From: Treponemataceae bacterium
GTDB taxonomy: Bacteria; Spirochaetota; Spirochaetia; Treponematales; Rectinemataceae
Reading direction: 5' to 3'
NCBI GenBank assembly: GCA_963667725.2
Contig: CAXXHO010000003.1
Span: forward strand, 1,696,001-1,760,000
Length of the DNA: 64,000 nucleotides
Part shown: piece after piece, positions 39,261-50,229 of the stretch
How the letters are laid out: each line of letters starts with the position of its first letter
How positions within the stretch are numbered: the first letter of the stretch is position 1
Notes under the pieces: generated by a model
Databases searched by the model: none
Told to the model about the DNA's origin: nothing
What the model saw: the letters and a program-made list of their open reading frames with translations, nothing else
Position numbers and translations under genes: made by a program

Positions 39261-40609
39261 AGCCCAAGCTTCTCCATCGCCTTACGATTCCCTTCGGCTT
39301 TTACAGCGTTCAACGTATTCATCCTAAGAAAAATCCATACGCCGATGACGAGAAGAACGGCGGGGATCAGGGCCGTATGGAGCCGAATGCCCAACTGGGC
39401 CTTGGGGGCGCGCGGGCTCTGTGCGAAACCAGTCAGGCTGTGGACTATCCAGAATGACACGGCCTGCACCGCGTAGGCGAGCCTTCCGGCGAATGCCCTG
39501 AAGCCGATATAGACACCATCGTCCCGCTTTTTCGTCGTCACGACGATTTCGTCGATGACGTCGGCCATGGCCGGCGTCATCAGCATCCAGAAACCGCCGA
39601 AGGAGATTCCCCACGCGAACATCGCGGCGACGAATCCGTTATGGCTTGTCACGAACATGAGGGGGACGCAGAAGACGGCGAGCCCCAGCGCGGAGAGGGC
39701 GAGCAGTGTCTGATTGGATTTTACCCGCTTCTTGATCCCCAGCCAGAGGGGAATGCCCGCCAGGGCGCCGGCGAGCATGCCGGCGAAGATGAGGGTCGTG
39801 CTCCTGCCGCCCAGAAGATAGTCGCCCACGTAGTGGATGGATGCCGTCATGGATATCGTGGCCGACTGGTAGAAAAAATACAGCACTATGAAAGCGAGGA
39901 AATTGCGGCATGAAAATGCCGCCTTCAGCTGGGTTTTCAGCGAGGCTTTTTCCTTTCGGGCGGCTTCCTGGGCAAGATAGCGAGCTATCATGTCGGGCGT
40001 TTCGCGCACGCCGGGAAGGAGAAGGAGGGCTGCCGCGACGCTCACGGCGGCGAAGATAAAGGCATTCCCGAGGTAGGTCGCCGGTTGGCCGTATCGTACG
40101 AAGAAGGTGGGCAGGACGGCGCCGCCCGCCACGCCCACTACGCCTATGAGGGTGGCAATCCCGGCGGCTTTCGCCCTCGGGGCTTCCTCCCTAAACTTGT
40201 CGGGGAAGAGGGATTGATAGTTGACTTCCCAGGTGGAATAGAGGGCGTCATAGAGACAGATGGAAAGGAGGAGCCAGAGGAAGGTCATGCCTAAGGGGGC
40301 GACGGGCGGGGCGAAGATGAGAACGAAGGCCAGGGCGCAGGACAAGGATCCGACGACGATCCATGGAAAACGGCGGCCGTGACGGCTGGTGAATCGCGTG
40401 GGCCGGGAAGTCAGGAAGCCGATCAAGGGATCGTTCAGGGCGTTCCAGGCAGAATAGAGAACGATCGCCAATGCCACGAGACCGGCGGGAAGTCCGATTT
40501 CCGTCTCATAGTATTTGAAAACGAGGGAAGCGAAGGCGCCCGTCAAAAATTCAGCGAGAAATTTTCCTGTTCCGTAGGATGCCATAAGGGGGATCGTGTT
40601 TTTGGCCAT
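39257..40609 (-). CDS. MFS transporter, GPH (glycoside-pentoside-hexuronide) family
   Basis: WNALNDPLIG, GRRFPW, MADVID, G.Y.G. Confidence 0.9.
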   Translation of the reverse strand: MAKNTIPLMASYGTGKFLAEFLTGAFASLVFKYYETEIGLPAGLVALAIVLYSAWNALNDPLIGFLTSRPTRFTSRHGRRFPWIVVGSLSCALAFVLIFAPPVAPLGMTFLWLLLSICLYDALYSTWEVNYQSLFPDKFREEAPRAKAAGIATLIGVVGVAGGAVLPTFFVRYGQPATYLGNAFIFAAVSVAAALLLLPGVRETPDMIARYLAQEAARKEKASLKTQLKAAFSCRNFLAFIVLYFFYQSATISMTASIHYVGDYLLGGRSTTLIFAGMLAGALAGIPLWLGIKKRVKSNQTLLALSALGLAVFCVPLMFVTSHNGFVAAMFAWGISFGGFWMLMTPAMADVIDEIVVTTKKRDDGVYIGFRAFAGRLAYAVQAVSFWIVHSLTGFAQSPRAPKAQLGIRLHTALIPAVLLVIGVWIFLRMNTLNAVKAEGNRKAMEKLGL

Positions 40610-40716
40610 GGGCGAATACTACCGTCAGCCTCTTCAGAAATCAACAAGAACCTTGAGGAACGGCGCGGGATATGATCAAGGTTGACAGTCGGAAGGATAG
40701 TTTCTAGTATTGGACG

Positions 40717-42237
40717 ATGATAAAGAGGCTCCTCTCGATTCGCGTCCTCGCTGTCCTTTTTTCGGCGGCCTGGATGGCAGTGCCGCCCATGGCGAACCAT
40801 CTTCTTGCCCAAACCCCAAAACCCGCGGCCTTTTCGGCTTCTACCCTGCCCGCGGCCTTTTCGGCCTATACCTTGGAAAATGGCATGGATGTCATCCTCC
40901 TGCCCCTTCCCGAAAGCGCCACGGTTTCGTTGGGCATCGTTTTCAGAGGCGGAGCCGAAGCCCAGACCAAAAAAAACGCTGGTTTGTTTCACCTGCTCGA
41001 AAAAGTGCTTTTTAGAGGTTCGGCGATCGCGCCGGGCGAACCCGAACCGGCGGGAGCGATGGATTCCCTCGGCGCCACGGCGATCGAGGGAGGCGCCCAG
41101 GCCGATCGCTTCGGTCTCTCTTTCCTGCTTCCCCCCGAGATGCTAGGCCAAGGCCTGGACACGATCGCCTACCTCTTTTCGGGTTTGCGACTGGAGACGG
41201 TTTTTTCGGACGCGCTGACGCTCGAGAAAGCGAGGAGTTCCAGCCTGGCTGATATAGAGCAGGCTTTTTCGGACCCGAAAGCCATCTTTGAGGCGGCCAT
41301 GGCCAAAAAACTCTTCTCGGCCGCGCCTTGGCGCTTCGATATTCTGGGGACGGAGGCCATCGTCAACGCGGCGACCGAGGATGACCTCAAGGGAATCGCG
41401 GCCGCCTGGCTCGTGCCTAACAACGCGGTTCTCGTCGTAGCCGGCGACTTTGCTGAGGAAACGCTGCGGCCCATGATAGAAAAGGCTTTTTCCTCATGGA
41501 AAAAGAGCGCCGATCCCTGGAAGACGGCGCTTACCGCCCTGCCGAAACCCGGGGTCACCAGGCCCACCCTCATGGTCTATGCTGATCCTTCCGTTCCCGC
41601 CGGGGAAGCGCTCATCGAAATGCGCTACCGTGGCCCGGACGCGGGATCCAGCCGCTCCGCCGCCGCCGAATTCTGGGCGGAAATGGCTTCCCAGCCGGGA
41701 TCGAGGCTCGTTCAGGCCATCGCCAAAGGCATGCCAAAATGGTCCTCGCCTTCAGCCGTCAGCGCCAAGTATCAGCTTTCGAGAAACGCCTCATGGTTCT
41801 CCGTATCGACGAGAATGCTTCTCGACGCGAAAGGAAACGCCGCAGAGAGCGTCCTCAGCTTCAAGGAGATCGTGCGCGGCGCTGAGATGTACGCCATGAA
41901 AACCAATGCCGGCTATTTCACCTCGAAGGAATACGAGCGGGCAAGAGAAGCGCTCGCGGAAAAACGGAACGATATGTTCGCCGATCCCCAGGAAGCCGGT
42001 TCAGCCATCGCCGATGGATGGATTCTGGGAGGAAACGCCTGGATGCAGACCTGGTCGGATCGCATGGGCGCGATTACGAGCAAGGATATCGCGGCCTTCG
42101 CCGACGAATATTTCATGAAAAACCTGGAAGTGGTGGCGATCCATCTCGAGCCCAAGGATTACGCGGCCAGGAAAAAAAGTTTCGACGCTTTCGGGTTCGA
42201 GATCATAACGGCGCAAAAAGCTTTCTGGTGGAGATAG
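40717..42237 (+). CDS. Exported M16 (insulinase) family protein, probably catalytically inactive
   Basis: TLENGM.V, GLFHLLEK (HxxEH altered), PNNAVLVVAGD. Confidence 0.8.
   Translation: MIKRLLSIRVLAVLFSAAWMAVPPMANHLLAQTPKPAAFSASTLPAAFSAYTLENGMDVILLPLPESATVSLGIVFRGGAEAQTKKNAGLFHLLEKVLFRGSAIAPGEPEPAGAMDSLGATAIEGGAQADRFGLSFLLPPEMLGQGLDTIAYLFSGLRLETVFSDALTLEKARSSSLADIEQAFSDPKAIFEAAMAKKLFSAAPWRFDILGTEAIVNAATEDDLKGIAAAWLVPNNAVLVVAGDFAEETLRPMIEKAFSSWKKSADPWKTALTALPKPGVTRPTLMVYADPSVPAGEALIEMRYRGPDAGSSRSAAAEFWAEMASQPGSRLVQAIAKGMPKWSSPSAVSAKYQLSRNASWFSVSTRMLLDAKGNAAESVLSFKEIVRGAEMYAMKTNAGYFTSKEYERAREALAEKRNDMFADPQEAGSAIADGWILGGNAWMQTWSDRMGAITSKDIAAFADEYFMKNLEVVAIHLEPKDYAARKKSFDAFGFEIITAQKAFWWR
40822..40875 (+). 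repeat. 27-bp in-frame tandem duplication (PAAFSASTL/PAAFSAYTL)
   Basis: CCCGCGGCCTTTTCGGCTTCTACCCTG followed by CCCGCGGCCTTTTCGGCCTATACCTTG. Confidence 0.9.
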
Positions 42238-42277
42238 GCTGCGGGAGAAGGTAGGTCGCGGGCCGGAAGAGGCGCTC

Positions 42278-44509
42278 TCATTCCTCTTCGATGGAGATTA
42301 TGCTCGGCAAACCTTTGAGCGCCTTCGAGACTTTCTTAAGGTTCTCCCTCGTGTCGGTTTCCATGGTGAAAAAACCAGAAAAGGTTCCATCGCCTCGCTC
42401 GCCCAGCTTGCCCTCGCGCAGGCGGCCCGCGAATTTCCTGACCGCGTTCTCGATTTCCGAGAATATGCCCGGTTCCATCTTCGTCGAGACCCTGAACCTC
42501 GCTATGCAGTACGAGGCGTCTTCCCAGCGCACTTCGATTTTTCGCTGAGCGAAGTCGGCCACCGCGTTTATCGATTTGCAGTCAGCCCGGTGGATGATGA
42601 TGCCCCTCCCCCTCGAGACATAGCCCACGATGGCGTCGCCCGTCACCGGCATGCAGCAGCCGGCGATCCGGATCATCATGTTCCGCGCGCCGTTGATCGA
42701 GAGCCCCGCCTTATCGCTCCTGAGTTCCTGCTGGGGCTTGTAGGTGCGGAACTCCACTTCGGCCCGGCCATGCTCAGCGCCTGCGGCGGAGGCGAAGGTC
42801 TTCTCGGCGAGCAGCTTCGCTTCTTCATGCTGCGCGGCTTCCCTGGCTTTTTCGTCGGCGGGCTTCTTGCCGACGACGATGCTCTTGTCGATGGCCAGGG
42901 CCTGGCCGCTCTGGACCAGTATGGCCCTGATCTTCGATCGAGCCTTGGATGTGTGGGCGAGCTTCAGCCAGTTCAGGTTGGGCTTGGCGAGCGGCGAGGT
43001 GATGATCTCGACGATTTGCGTATTCTTGAGTTCGGCGTCGAGGGGAATGATGGCGCCGTCGGCTCTGGCGCCCAGGCAGTGAGACCCTACGTCCGTATGG
43101 ATGGCGAAGGCGAAATCTATGGCCGTTGCGCCTGAGGGCAGCTCTATGACCTCGCCCCGGGGGGTGAAGACGAAGATCGAATCCTTCAGGAGTTCCCGCT
43201 TAATTTCGTCGAGGTATTCGGCCCCCTGGGAGACGAATTCGTTCCACTGCTTCAGCCTGTTGATGATGGGCAGGTCCTCGAGCCGGGGACGTTCGGTGGT
43301 GGAACCCTTTTTATAAAGCCAATGGGAGGCGACGCCGAACTCCGCTATGGCATGCATGTAGCGCGTGCGGATCTGGACCTCGAGGAGCTGGCCGTCGTAG
43401 CACATCACCGTCGTGTGCAGGCTTCTGTAGCCGTTGGCCTTCGGCATGGCTATATAGTCCTTGAATCGGCCGTCTATAGGTTTCCAGAGCCTGTGGACGA
43501 GACCGAGCAGGGCGTAGCAGTCGTTGTCGCTTTCGCAGATGAGCCGCAGGCCCAGCAGATCGTAGAGTTCCTCGGCCGGTTTGCCCTTTCTGCGCATTTT
43601 CTGGTAGATCGAGTAGAAATGCTTGGCGCGGGAGCCGACCTCGACGCTGATGCCTTCCTTCAGGGAAGCCCTGCGGATTTCCTCGCTCACCCTGGCGAGG
43701 AATTTTTCCCTTGTTCCCTTCTTGGCGGACACGATTTCCTTTATCTGGTCGAAGACTTCCCTGTTGAGCACCTTGAGGGAGAGATCCTCCAGTTCGTCCT
43801 TGAGCCAGGAAATACCGAGCCTGTCGGCGAGCGGGGCGAAAATGTCGAGGGTTTCGGCCGCGATGGTCTTCTGCCTGTCCTCGGGCAGCGATTTCAGGGT
43901 GCGCATGCTGTCCAGCTTGTCGGCAAGCTTGACGATGATGACGCGGATGTCGCCCGTCATGGCGAAGAGCATTTTCCGCATGGTCTCGGCCGCCTGCACG
44001 GTCTTGTTCTTGGCGCGGACGGTGGAAAGCCTCGCCACTCCAGCGACTATTTTGGCCGTGTCTTCCCCGAACTCCGCCGTTATGGCGGGGTCGGGAACGG
44101 CTCCCAGAGCCTTCCTGTGCGCATCTTTCTGGCGATCCTCGAGTTTCTGTCCTGGTTTCGTCGATTTGTCGATGCTCTTGCCGGCCGTATGGTCAGGGCT
44201 CTTGCCGGCGGCATGGCCCGATGATGAGGATGAGGCGGCGGATCCGTCATTTTTCGGAAAATAACCGGAGGTTCGATGTTCGGTGATGTCGTGGACGAGG
44301 CCGGCGATCACCGAATCCATATCCATGCCCATGTCGAGAAGGGTGGCGGCGACGCGGAAGTCATGTTCCCACGCTGGCTCGCCGGAAGCGCGCAGCGACG
44401 CGCCGTGCTTTTCCTTGGCCCAGCCGATGGCCTTGGAGACGAGGGCGGCCCCGTCATCGCCAAAGCTGCCGCGGACTTTCTCCAGAAACTGAACGATCTT
44501 CTCATCCAT
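42278..44509 (-). CDS. rel: RelA/SpoT long RSH (p)ppGpp synthetase/hydrolase
   Basis: KLADKL..MRTL, R.KH.YSIY.KM, KDYIA.PK.NGY.SLHT, EVQIRT, TGS domain, CC.PV.GD.I.GY. Confidence 0.95.
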   Translation of the reverse strand: MDEKIVQFLEKVRGSFGDDGAALVSKAIGWAKEKHGASLRASGEPAWEHDFRVAATLLDMGMDMDSVIAGLVHDITEHRTSGYFPKNDGSAASSSSSGHAAGKSPDHTAGKSIDKSTKPGQKLEDRQKDAHRKALGAVPDPAITAEFGEDTAKIVAGVARLSTVRAKNKTVQAAETMRKMLFAMTGDIRVIIVKLADKLDSMRTLKSLPEDRQKTIAAETLDIFAPLADRLGISWLKDELEDLSLKVLNREVFDQIKEIVSAKKGTREKFLARVSEEIRRASLKEGISVEVGSRAKHFYSIYQKMRRKGKPAEELYDLLGLRLICESDNDCYALLGLVHRLWKPIDGRFKDYIAMPKANGYRSLHTTVMCYDGQLLEVQIRTRYMHAIAEFGVASHWLYKKGSTTERPRLEDLPIINRLKQWNEFVSQGAEYLDEIKRELLKDSIFVFTPRGEVIELPSGATAIDFAFAIHTDVGSHCLGARADGAIIPLDAELKNTQIVEIITSPLAKPNLNWLKLAHTSKARSKIRAILVQSGQALAIDKSIVVGKKPADEKAREAAQHEEAKLLAEKTFASAAGAEHGRAEVEFRTYKPQQELRSDKAGLSINGARNMMIRIAGCCMPVTGDAIVGYVSRGRGIIIHRADCKSINAVADFAQRKIEVRWEDASYCIARFRVSTKMEPGIFSEIENAVRKFAGRLREGKLGERGDGTFSGFFTMETDTRENLKKVSKALKGLPSIISIEEE

Positions 44510-44523
44510 CGTCGACGCTCCAC

Positions 44524-45378
44524 TCAGGGTTTTCTGGCTCCCGTGATCCTGTCCAGGCCCGCGAGATCCCTCCATACTCTTATATCGACAAAACCCTCGC
44601 TCCTGAACATAACACGGAGAGATTCGGATTGCAAAGAGTCGGTTTCTATTAAAAGAAACCCGCCGGGGGCAAGGAACGCGCCAGCCTGGCGGACGAGGCG
44701 GGACACGATATCAAAGCCGTCGAGACCACCATCGAGCGCCAGCGCGGGCTCCTTCCAACCCTGAGAGAGCAGGGCGGCCGTCTCTCCGGTCGGCACGTAA
44801 GGAGGATTGGCCGTTATGATGTCGAAAGGACCTTCGAGGCCCGCAAAGAGATCGGCGAGAAGAAGAGGAAGTTTTTTTTCAAGAAGCCGGGACGCGTTCG
44901 CGCGGGCGACGTCGAGGGCATCGGCCGAGATATCCGACGCGCTCACCGACCAGGCCGGCCTTTCGGCGGCGATGCTGATGGCTACGGCCCCTGACCCTGT
45001 GCAGAGATCGTGGAGGCGAAGCGTCATGGCGGCCATGTCGTCGCCCACTTCGAGGGCCGCGGACACGAGGGTCTCGGTATCGGGTCTCGGCGCTAGAACC
45101 CTCCTGTCGACGAGAAAATCCCGACCGTAAAATTCCTTTATGCCGACGATATAGGCGACGCTTTCGCCGGCGAGTCGGCGAGCCCAGCCCTCCTCGAATG
45201 AGGGAGGGATGTCGCCAGGGGCGATCGTTTCCGGATACTTCATCAGGAGCTGGGTTCTTGGAATGCCCAGACAGCGGGCGAGAATCAGGGAGACATCGAG
45301 AAAGGCCGTATCGTCGGAGCCGGCTTGCCGCCGACGCAGTTCGGCCGCCTTCGCGGCGAGAAATTCCCTATAGGTCAT
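44524..45378 (-). CDS. prmC: Release factor glutamine methyltransferase
   Basis: PRPDTE, DLCTGSG, NPPY; downstream of prfA. Confidence 0.95.
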   Translation of the reverse strand: MTYREFLAAKAAELRRRQAGSDDTAFLDVSLILARCLGIPRTQLLMKYPETIAPGDIPPSFEEGWARRLAGESVAYIVGIKEFYGRDFLVDRRVLAPRPDTETLVSAALEVGDDMAAMTLRLHDLCTGSGAVAISIAAERPAWSVSASDISADALDVARANASRLLEKKLPLLLADLFAGLEGPFDIITANPPYVPTGETAALLSQGWKEPALALDGGLDGFDIVSRLVRQAGAFLAPGGFLLIETDSLQSESLRVMFRSEGFVDIRVWRDLAGLDRITGARKP

Positions 45379-45414
45379 CGCGGAAGGCGGTCGACCGCCC
45401 ACGTTTTTTTGGCA

Positions 45415-46482
<1,068 letters not shown>

Positions 46483-46573
46483 GAATCCATCGTAACCTGC
46501 ATCGGGCTTTCGCTTCAAGAAGCCGTACGGCCTCCTTGTGTTTCGGAAAGCGGATGTATATCATTCCGCCATT

Positions 46574-47845
46574 ATGCTGGAATATAAATTCATCAAGGAC
46601 AACCTTGAAGCCGTCAAGAAGAACATAGCCGACCGGTACATGAGCGCCGACGCCGATCTCGTCGTCGCGCTTTTCGACGAGAAGAGCGCCCTGCTGCGAA
46701 AGGTCGAGGATCTGCGCAAGCTAAGGAACGAGAACGCCCTCTCCATGAAGGGCAAGCTCGATCCCGCCACAAGGGCGGCGCGCATCGAGGAAGGCAAGCA
46801 GCTCAAGGAAAAAATCGCCGAAAGCGAAGCGAGCTTTGCCGACATCGAAGCCCGTCTAGCCCTCGAGGGCGCCAAAATACCCAACATGGCCCATCCGGAA
46901 GCCCCCCGGGGCAAGGAAGACAAGGACAACCTCGAGGTTAAGCGCGTAGGGGAACCCACGAAGTTCGATTTCGAGCCCAAAGATCATGTCCAGCTGGGAG
47001 CCGACCTCGACCTCATCGATTTCGACACCGCCACCAGGGTATCGGGCACCAAGTTCTACTATCTCAAGAACGAAGCCGTCCTTCTCGAAATGGCCCTGGT
47101 CCGCTATACCCTCGACATCCTGCGCAAAAAGGGCTTTACCCTTTTCCAGACCCCGGACATAGCCCGAACGGAAATACTCGAAGGCATCGGCTTCAACCCC
47201 CGAGGGCCTGAATCCAACATCTACACGATCGAAGGCGAAGGCACCTGCCTCATCGGCACCGCCGAAATAACCCTCGGCGGCTACTATTCGGGCACCATCA
47301 TCGACAAGGAAAAACTGCCCCTCAAGCTCGCGGGCGTCTCGCACTGTTTCAGGCGGGAGGCGGGCTCGGCCGGCCAGTTCTCGAAAGGACTGTACCGCGT
47401 CCATCAGTTCACCAAGGTAGAAATGTTCGCCTATACCCTGCCAGAGGATTCGGACGCCACGCACGAATACCTGAGGTCCATAGAGGAAGAGATATTCTCC
47501 GGCCTCGGCATTCCCTTCCGCGTCGTCGACACCTGCACCGGCGACCTGGGCGCCCCCGCCTACCGCAAGTGGGACCTCGAAGCCTGGATGCCCGGCCGCA
47601 ACGGCGGCGAATGGGGCGAAGTCACCTCGACTTCCAACTGCACCGATTTCCAGGCCCGCCGCCTCAATATCAAGTACAAGGACGACGACGGCAAAAACAA
47701 GTACGTCCACATGCTCAACGGCACGGCCATCGCCTGTTCGCGCGGCATCATCGCCGTCATGGAGAACTTCCAGCGCGCCGATGGGTCCATCGCCATCCCG
47801 CCGGCACTAGTCCCCTATTGCGGGTTCTCAGAAATAAGGAGATAG
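46574..47845 (+). CDS. serS: Serine--tRNA ligase
   Basis: GTAE, FRREAG, GLYRVHQF.KVE, DLEAWMP, S.SNCTDFQARR, HMLNGT. Confidence 0.97.
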   Translation: MLEYKFIKDNLEAVKKNIADRYMSADADLVVALFDEKSALLRKVEDLRKLRNENALSMKGKLDPATRAARIEEGKQLKEKIAESEASFADIEARLALEGAKIPNMAHPEAPRGKEDKDNLEVKRVGEPTKFDFEPKDHVQLGADLDLIDFDTATRVSGTKFYYLKNEAVLLEMALVRYTLDILRKKGFTLFQTPDIARTEILEGIGFNPRGPESNIYTIEGEGTCLIGTAEITLGGYYSGTIIDKEKLPLKLAGVSHCFRREAGSAGQFSKGLYRVHQFTKVEMFAYTLPEDSDATHEYLRSIEEEIFSGLGIPFRVVDTCTGDLGAPAYRKWDLEAWMPGRNGGEWGEVTSTSNCTDFQARRLNIKYKDDDGKNKYVHMLNGTAIACSRGIIAVMENFQRADGSIAIPPALVPYCGFSEIRR

Positions 47846-47937
47846 GACGATACTAAAGGGGGAGCACAGCTCCTCTCTATGCCAGCCCGTGGGAGCGCGC
47901 TAATAACGCGTCGTCTTCACGCATGGGGCCCGCCATC

Positions 47938-48001
47938 GAAAAAATGGGGGTCGACAGTCCTCGGCCTTACAGGCCTGCGGAGCGTCGACCCCCATTTTTT
48001 C
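47938..48001. terminator. Long perfect inverted repeat, probable bidirectional terminator
   Basis: GAAAAAATGGGGGTCGAC (47938-47955) and its exact complement at 47984-48001, between convergent genes. Confidence 0.7.
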
Positions 48002-48066
48002 AGGCACCCATGCTGAAGCGATCGCTCTCTTCAGGCGCGCTCCAGCCGCTTGCCGGGAAAGGCGAT

Positions 48067-48603
48067 CTATCGAATCGCTATCGAATAATAGTCTTCAAAA
48101 TCGTTGGACTGCACAAAGAACACGAGCACCGCGTTATCGGTCTCGATGGGTCTCATTTCCCAGACATCGTGCTTGCCGGGCTTGATGAACGCCTGCTGCG
48201 AAGAGAATACGGTTTTTCTCATCGTTCCGTAGGGCGGGATGATCATCGGCCCCATGGAAGAGTAGGAATTTCCGTAGTTCTGTCCCTCAATGAAGGGATA
48301 GTAGGATCCGCCGTTGTACTGCAATGTGGACTTGTTCCAGAATATGCGGACCGTGCTGTCCGTATTGTTGCGGATGGTGACGCTGAAGCTCGATATCCGC
48401 TTGGTCCCATACGCCTTTCCATGACTATTACCCGGTCCGAAATTTTCCCATGAAGGCTGCACCGATATAGTCACCGGGCTGATGTTTCGCGGGGTCTGGC
48501 TCACCGCGACGAAAACGGGGGGCCGTATCATGAGCGAAAAGCTGGTGCAGGAAAATGCCAACATGCTCAAGGCGATGCCTGTCAGTAGTAAAATCTTTTT
48601 CAT
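48067..48603 (-). CDS. Hypothetical lipoprotein
   Basis: MKKILLLTGIALSMLAFSC lipobox; GAGGAG RBS. Confidence 0.75.
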   Translation of the reverse strand: MKKILLLTGIALSMLAFSCTSFSLMIRPPVFVAVSQTPRNISPVTISVQPSWENFGPGNSHGKAYGTKRISSFSVTIRNNTDSTVRIFWNKSTLQYNGGSYYPFIEGQNYGNSYSSMGPMIIPPYGTMRKTVFSSQQAFIKPGKHDVWEMRPIETDNAVLVFFVQSNDFEDYYSIAIR

Positions 48604-48727
48604 CGTTTCTCCTCGAAACCGGAAAATTAGAAAATTTATATTTCTTTTTCTATAAATAAGATACTCAATTTGGTTCCCTTGGTCCAACATAGTCATTATT
48701 TTATGTACTATACGTAAGGAGCAAACT

Positions 48728-48946
48728 ATGAGTTCACGGAGCATTTTCGGTATCATACTTCTGGTGGTGGGGATTCTCGTATTTGCGGTGGGCTTGAACG
48801 CGTCCAATTCCATGACCGATCAAGTGAACAATGCCTTGACCGGGCGTTTTACGGAAAACACGACATGGTATATGATCGGTGGCATCGCGGCCGCCCTGGC
48901 CGGACTCCTCATGCTGGTATCAGGATTCCGGAGCCATCGTTCCTGA
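48728..48946 (+). CDS. Small two-TM protein (DUF3185-like)
   Basis: GI.LLV.G...NASNS..DQV...LTG.FT..T.WY..GG; AAGGAG RBS. Confidence 0.75.
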   Translation: MSSRSIFGIILLVVGILVFAVGLNASNSMTDQVNNALTGRFTENTTWYMIGGIAAALAGLLMLVSGFRSHRS

Positions 48947-48988
48947 TTCAGTTCGATGGGATCAGGCCGAGGGACGACAGTTCACTCC

Positions 48989-49090
48989 TCAGCCTTCGGA
49001 TTCCTCTTTCCCGATCAGGGCTTTGGCGATAGGGCTGGCCCAGCTTACATAGCTCCTGGTCAAATCGATCTCGTCCACGCCTACGATGCC
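48989..49090 (-). pseudogene. Remnant of a GreA/GreB C-terminal segment
   Basis: Translates GIVGVDEIDLTRSYVSWASPIAKALIGK; in-frame stop upstream and no start; homologous to 50321-50397. Confidence 0.8.
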
Positions 49091-49120
49091 TGCCCTCTAG
49101 CCCGCAGAAACCTTCCGGAG

Positions 49121-50131
49121 TTAGAACGCCCTCGCGGGCCTGATATAGCCGGTACGACCCGTTCCGGAAACCACGATTCCGCTCTTGAAGTTTAAGCAAT
49201 TTGGCAAGTCGTCCGCGGGCTGGGTTGAACTCCAATATAAGGCGTTTTGAAAAGCGCCGAGATCGTTCATATGCAGGCGCTCGAGCATAAGGATAAGCTC
49301 CCCCGTGGAGGGCAGGAACCAATCGTCGTATCCGTTCAGCGAGAACGACCAGCATTGTACTGCCGCGCGCATGCCGACGACTGATAAAAGGTAATAGGTG
49401 TTCGTCTCGCCTGCTCCCACTTCGGCGCTGGTGGCATCGCCGGCAGGACGGCCGTACAGTTCGGTGCCAATATCAGCCGGAGCGGCCTCGAGGTAGCGCC
49501 AGCCTTCGGTATTGACACCCTTGTCGTAGAAGATCAGGCCACCCGCCGGCCCCACGTCGCCCACGGCCAGCGGTCTCCACTGGGCGTACAGGACGACGTT
49601 TTCGGCGGGCATGACGAAGCTGGTCCCGATGGCGCGATCGGCTCCCGAGCCGTCGGGCTTGGTATTCCATCCGTCGAAGACGTACCCTGTCTTGGAGAGA
49701 TTCCCCTCATTGCCTAGCACCGTCGTCTTTATCCCGACGGTGTAGACATTGCCGTCCGATGGAACCGCCCCTACCATATTTCCATTGCCATCATAGACAA
49801 CCGTGTACATCTCGCTGGATCGCCATTGGGCGTACAAGGTCACATCCGAGGAGCCGATTCTGAATACCTCACCGGATTTCCTCGCAATCCCGCTCCCGTC
49901 CGCCTCCGTGTTCCATCCATCGAAGAAACTTCCCGCCATGGAGAGGCTCATTGAATTCCCGAGGGTGGTCGCGTATGCCCCCGCTGCGTACGCGTTGCCG
50001 TCCGAAGGAACCGACCCACCGGTATTCCCGTTGCCTTCGTAAGTGATCGAATACATGACGACGGGGTTCCCGCAGCTGCCGAGGCAGAACGCGATACAAC
50101 AAAGAATCGCGGCGATAGGTTTTGCTCGCAT
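49121..50131 (-). CDS. Lipoprotein with two InlB-B/Listeria-Bacteroides repeats and a DUF1566-like C-terminal domain
   Basis: LGSC lipobox; two Y.GNG..G.VP...F.GWNT..DGSG...LYAQW repeats; GPAGG.IFYD, DWFLPS..EL, YWSST, IRPARAF. Confidence 0.8.
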   Translation of the reverse strand: MRAKPIAAILCCIAFCLGSCGNPVVMYSITYEGNGNTGGSVPSDGNAYAAGAYATTLGNSMSLSMAGSFFDGWNTEADGSGIARKSGEVFRIGSSDVTLYAQWRSSEMYTVVYDGNGNMVGAVPSDGNVYTVGIKTTVLGNEGNLSKTGYVFDGWNTKPDGSGADRAIGTSFVMPAENVVLYAQWRPLAVGDVGPAGGLIFYDKGVNTEGWRYLEAAPADIGTELYGRPAGDATSAEVGAGETNTYYLLSVVGMRAAVQCWSFSLNGYDDWFLPSTGELILMLERLHMNDLGAFQNALYWSSTQPADDLPNCLNFKSGIVVSGTGRTGYIRPARAF

Positions 50132-50229
50132 AACTTTCCTCTTCGATTCGATAGTTTTGGAATTGTTATTAAACGTTCGTACTGTAGGGCTGGAAGGAGA
50201 TTTTGTCAAACGAGAATTCGCCAAAACGC

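Noticed and set aside
46483..46573. T-box leader for serS
   Set aside because: The intergenic region is only about 90 bp and is filled by divergent promoters
49121..50131. DUF1566-like C-terminus as a diversity-generating retroelement target
   Set aside because: No reverse transcriptase and no template repeat differing at adenines in the window; the nearby repeat is gre-derived
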